64,000 bases of DNA from an uncultured bacterium. Its GTDB lineage: Bacteria; Acidobacteriota; Thermoanaerobaculia; Multivoradales; JAHZIX01. Below, one piece after another: positions 60,709 to 64,000 of this stretch. The translations under genes were made by a program, and so were the position numbers. Each line of letters opens with the position of its first letter. The first letter of the stretch is position 1. The notes under the pieces were generated by a model. The model had not been told where the DNA came from. It was given only the letters and a program-made list of their open reading frames with translations, and did no database searches. The DNA is taken from NCBI GenBank assembly GCA_965368975.1, contig CBDUPA010000016.1, positions 32,001 to 96,000 on the forward strand, written 5' to 3'.

Positions 60709-60842
60709 ACATTCTCCGATCGCCGGAACTTCCTGGCGGGTCTCCGACCTTTCAGGCCGAGGCGGAAAATGGCGGGGTGGGTTCCCGGCCGCATCCGGGC
60801 AATGTACACAACTGAGCCTTGCTCGGATCGGGCATATAGGTA

Positions 60843-61958
60843 GTGGCTCCGCCTCCTGGCTCCGGCCTGAGGCGGGGCGAGTTCGCCTCGGAGTTCGACC
60901 ACCTTATCGAGTGGTCGAATCTACGCCTCGCCTACCGCAAGGCCAGCAAGGGCAAGCGCGGCCGGTCCGATGTGGCCGCATTCGAGCTGTGCCTCGAAGA
61001 TAACCTCTTGGACCTGCAAGCCGACCTGCAAGCCAGAACCTATCGCCCCGGCGGCTATCGAAGTTTCTTTATCCACGAGCCAAAACGTCGGCGCATCAGT
61101 GCCGCACCGTTTCGGGATCGCGTAGTGCACCACGCGCTGTGCAACGTGATCGAGGAGCGCTTCGAACGCTCGTTTGTTTCTGAGAGTTTCGCCAACCGAG
61201 TTGGCAAGGGTACCCATCGAGCGCTCGAACACGCCCAAGACTGTGCGCAGCGATTCCGTTTCGTCGTCCAACTCGACATCCGGCAGTTCTTCCCCAGCAT
61301 CGATCACGAGATTCTGTTCGCGTTGCTGCGGCGGAAGATCGAAGACTCCGCAGTGCTCTGGTTGATCGGGCTGATCCTGGCCTCGGGAGAGGGAGTGCTG
61401 GCGGACGAGTACGATCAGGTCTTCTTTCCGGGTGATGATCTGTGGGCTGCGTTGCGACCGAGGGGCTTGCCCATTGGCAACTTGACCAGTCAGTTCTGGG
61501 CCAATGTCTACATGAGCGGTCTGGATCACAAGATCAAGCGGCAGCTGCGTTGCCGGGGGTATGCACGCTACGTAGACGACCTGCTCTTGTTCTCGAACAG
61601 CAAGCGTGAGCTGTGGATGTGGAAAGGGGCGCTGGGGGCGGAGCTGGAGCGCTTGAGGCTGAAGGTTCATCCCGGCGTGCAACCACGGCCGGTGCCAGAA
61701 GGTGTTCCGTTTTTGGGCTTCGTGATCTATCCGCACAAGCGCCTGCTCAAGCGGCGCAAGGCGGTGCACTACCGGCGACGTTTGCGGGGCAAGCTGAGGG
61801 CCTCGACTCAGGCAGAAGAGCCGTTGCGGCAGAGCGTGCAATCGTGGTTGAATCATTGCCGATACGGGAACACGTTTCATTTGTGTGCGAAGCTCCTGGC
61901 GGAGGCTGGAGTTAGCTGCGAGTTGTGGCCGGAGGAACTGGCCGCCCATGATCTGTGA
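60843..61958 (+). CDS. DGR reverse transcriptase
   Basis: EPKRRRISAAPFRDRVVHHAL, GKGTH, LDIRQFFPSIDH, GLPIGNLTSQFWANVY (DGR-type SQ), RYVDD, FLGF; start codon uncertain. Confidence 0.95.
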   Translation: MAPPPGSGLRRGEFASEFDHLIEWSNLRLAYRKASKGKRGRSDVAAFELCLEDNLLDLQADLQARTYRPGGYRSFFIHEPKRRRISAAPFRDRVVHHALCNVIEERFERSFVSESFANRVGKGTHRALEHAQDCAQRFRFVVQLDIRQFFPSIDHEILFALLRRKIEDSAVLWLIGLILASGEGVLADEYDQVFFPGDDLWAALRPRGLPIGNLTSQFWANVYMSGLDHKIKRQLRCRGYARYVDDLLLFSNSKRELWMWKGALGAELERLRLKVHPGVQPRPVPEGVPFLGFVIYPHKRLLKRRKAVHYRRRLRGKLRASTQAEEPLRQSVQSWLNHCRYGNTFHLCAKLLAEAGVSCELWPEELAAHDL

Positions 61959-62010
61959 GGGTAAGTTGTTCGAATTCGTTTACTAACGATTGAGTCTTCA
62001 AGAGGTTCAC

Positions 62011-64000
62011 ATGACGGACCCTTTTTCCAGCATTCTGATCGGCGCCGCCGGTAACGTCACCGCCGGTCTGATTTCCTCCTCCATCGGTGAAGTCGGGGCG
62101 TGGCTCAAGGGAGATGCGGAGCGCGAAGCGGCGCTGAACCGAGCTACACAGACGGGACTGGCCGCCCTCCTGGTCAAGGCCAAGGGGCAGGCCCCGGACC
62201 TGTCCGATCACGTCGAGACTGCCTTCCAGCTGCCCTTGCGCCATCCGGACCTGATGGCGGATCTCGGTAAGCTGCTGCAGGTGGCGCTGCGCGGCCGAGA
62301 GTTCGACAGCGAGACCGGAGCACGCCTGTTCAGGGAATACCAGTTCGATCTCGCGGATCTACCGGGCCTCGACCTGCAGGAGTGCTTGCGCGAGCTAGAG
62401 GCGGCGTTCATCGAGACCGCTGACCGCCAGGAGGTCCTGCAGACCGAACTGCTGACCTTCCACGCCCGCCGGCACTCGCAGTTGCTGGAGGAGGCTGTGG
62501 CGCTGCTGCGGCGCATCGGAACGGCGCCTGCGGGGCTCGCTGGTGCGGCGGACGCAGAGACGACGCGTCAGTTGTACCTCCAGCAACTGGCGAGGCATTG
62601 CCAGGCGCTGCCGTTGGCCGAGCTGGGTGGCAAGGGGCAGGGGTTGACCAAGGTGCGGCTTGGCGATGTCTTCATCGAGCTGAACACCCAGACGCGGATC
62701 CCGCGGACGCCGGAAGAGAAGAAGGTCTTCGAAGAAGAGCACGGCTACCCCTCGGATGATCGCCTACTGACCGCCGAGCAGGCCGCGGACCGGCACCCGC
62801 AGCTGGTGCTGCTGGGCCACCCCGGTAGCGGCAAGAGTTCGTTCATCCGGCATCTGGTGGCACGGCTGGCGGCTCCGGGGCCGGCTGCCCCCGCACCGCC
62901 GTGGGCGGAGGGATTGCTACCGGTCCTGCTCGTCTTGCGCCATCTGGCGCCCCTCCTCGCCCGGCTCGAGCTTGACTCGCTCGACCTGGAGCAACGGCGG
63001 CAGCGGCTGGGCGAGGCGCTGCAGGCGGCCGTGGTCGAGAGCGCCAGGCTGTGCGGTGCGGAAGCCTTCGGGGAGAGGCTGCGCGAGGCTCTGATCAGCG
63101 GCCGCTGCCTGCTGGTCCTGGACGGGCTGGACGAGGTGCCGGCGAAGCTGCGACCGATCGTCCGGCGCGCGGTTGAGGCCGCGCTGCAAACCTACAGCCT
63201 CGCCCGCGTGATCGTGACCTGTCGGGTCCATTCCTACCAGGGCCGGGCGCAGCTGCCGGACTTCACCGTCCACGAACTGATGCCGCTGACTTCCGGCCAG
63301 GTCGAGCGCTTCGTAGAGGTGTGGTACCACGCCCGCCACCTCCACGGGTATGTCACCGCGGCGGAGGCCGAAGAGCGGGCCGAAGACTTGAAGCGCGGGG
63401 CGCGGGGCCTGCTTCAGCTGGCGGACAATCCGATGCTGCTGACCACGATGGCCCTGGTCCACCAGCAGAATATCCGGCTGCCGCCGCAGAAGGTCTGTCT
63501 CTACCACGAAGCGGTCAAGGTGCTGCTGGTGCGCTGGCAGGAAAGCAAGGGGCTGATCCGGGAACTGGCTCCGCGGCTGGTCGAGATCCTGAACGAGGAC
63601 GGCCGCATCCGCCCGGTGCTGGAGCGGCTGGCCTTCGAGATCCACCGCAGGGAGCAGGAGGTGGGTGAGAGCGAGGAGTCCGGCCTGGAATGGGAGCGGA
63701 TGCTCAAGATTCTCAAGGCACCGGTGTACCTGGGTTCGACATCCCTGGCGGAGGCCTTCCTGGAGTACGTCGATCAGCAGGCCGGGATTCTGGTGGGTCG
63801 CGGTGGGGGACCGGACGACGCGTTGCGCTACAGCTTCCCGCATCGCACCTTCCAGGAATACCTGGCTGGCTGTTATCTGGTCAGCCAGTCGGAACCGGTG
63901 ACGGAGATCTATCAGCAAGCGGCGGCCGGCGACTTCTGGTACCTACCCGTGCAGCTGGCGGCGGAAGAACTGCTGCACAACCGCCGAGTTCCTCAATTCC
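62011..64000 (+). CDS. Second NACHT paralog, 3'-truncated by the window edge (likely second DGR target)
   Basis: Not in the ORF track because it has no stop in the window. ATG 62011 after GAGG; MTDPFSSILIGAAGN..., GHPGSGKSS, LVLDGLDE, NPMLLTTMALVHQQNI, YSFPHRTFQEYLAGCYL all in one frame. Confidence 0.9.
   Translation, partial: MTDPFSSILIGAAGNVTAGLISSSIGEVGAWLKGDAEREAALNRATQTGLAALLVKAKGQAPDLSDHVETAFQLPLRHPDLMADLGKLLQVALRGREFDSETGARLFREYQFDLADLPGLDLQECLRELEAAFIETADRQEVLQTELLTFHARRHSQLLEEAVALLRRIGTAPAGLAGAADAETTRQLYLQQLARHCQALPLAELGGKGQGLTKVRLGDVFIELNTQTRIPRTPEEKKVFEEEHGYPSDDRLLTAEQAADRHPQLVLLGHPGSGKSSFIRHLVARLAAPGPAAPAPPWAEGLLPVLLVLRHLAPLLARLELDSLDLEQRRQRLGEALQAAVVESARLCGAEAFGERLREALISGRCLLVLDGLDEVPAKLRPIVRRAVEAALQTYSLARVIVTCRVHSYQGRAQLPDFTVHELMPLTSGQVERFVEVWYHARHLHGYVTAAEAEERAEDLKRGARGLLQLADNPMLLTTMALVHQQNIRLPPQKVCLYHEAVKVLLVRWQESKGLIRELAPRLVEILNEDGRIRPVLERLAFEIHRREQEVGESEESGLEWERMLKILKAPVYLGSTSLAEAFLEYVDQQAGILVGRGGGPDDALRYSFPHRTFQEYLAGCYLVSQSEPVTEIYQQAAAGDFWYLPVQLAAEELLHNRRVPQF

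Larger units (their letters stand above)
56891..61958 (+). mobile_element. Complete DGR cassette (target-VR-hairpin-avd-TR-RT)
   Basis: All canonical components present, co-oriented and with open reading frames. Confidence 0.93.

Noticed and set aside
60505-60843. 112-aa ORF containing an Asn-rich FGE-like C-terminal motif
   Set aside because: It is the TR read in the VR frame; TRs commonly stay open and act as RNA. It overlaps avd and has no other support
60843-61958. RT as group II intron, retron or Abi RT
   Set aside because: Size, SQ motif, adjacent avd and an A-specific TR/VR pair identify it as a DGR RT

Overview
High-GC bacterial chromosomal window; the gene content is suggestive of an NRPS-rich Acidobacteriota-like organism, but that is inference only. 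From left to right: a PlsC-type acyltransferase, ligA and a DinB-family gene. Next is a complete his operon (hisZ-G-D-C-B-H-A-F-IE) preceded by a His6 leader peptide and what looks like a Shine-Dalgarno-sequestering (translational) attenuator. A minus-strand four-gene unit follows (small secreted 4-Cys peptide, propeller-like protein, thioredoxin-like membrane protein, large carboxypeptidase-regulatory-repeat protein). Then comes a ~30 kb non-canonical PKS-NRPS cluster: a standalone AT, a PKS with dead AT/KR, a PKS-LLM fusion, and a 6466-aa NRPS with one A-less and one dead-A module and no TE. After that are a lytic transglycosylase, a YVTN propeller, two patatins, a MenE-like ligase, MscS, a group III truncated globin and a DUF4160/DUF2442 pair. 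The right end holds a complete diversity-generating retroelement (DGR): a NACHT-FGE/CLec target with VR, hairpin, avd, TR and RT, followed by a second NACHT paralog that runs off the window. A family of GTAG-headed palindromic repeats is inserted in-frame inside the NRPS and MenE-like genes.
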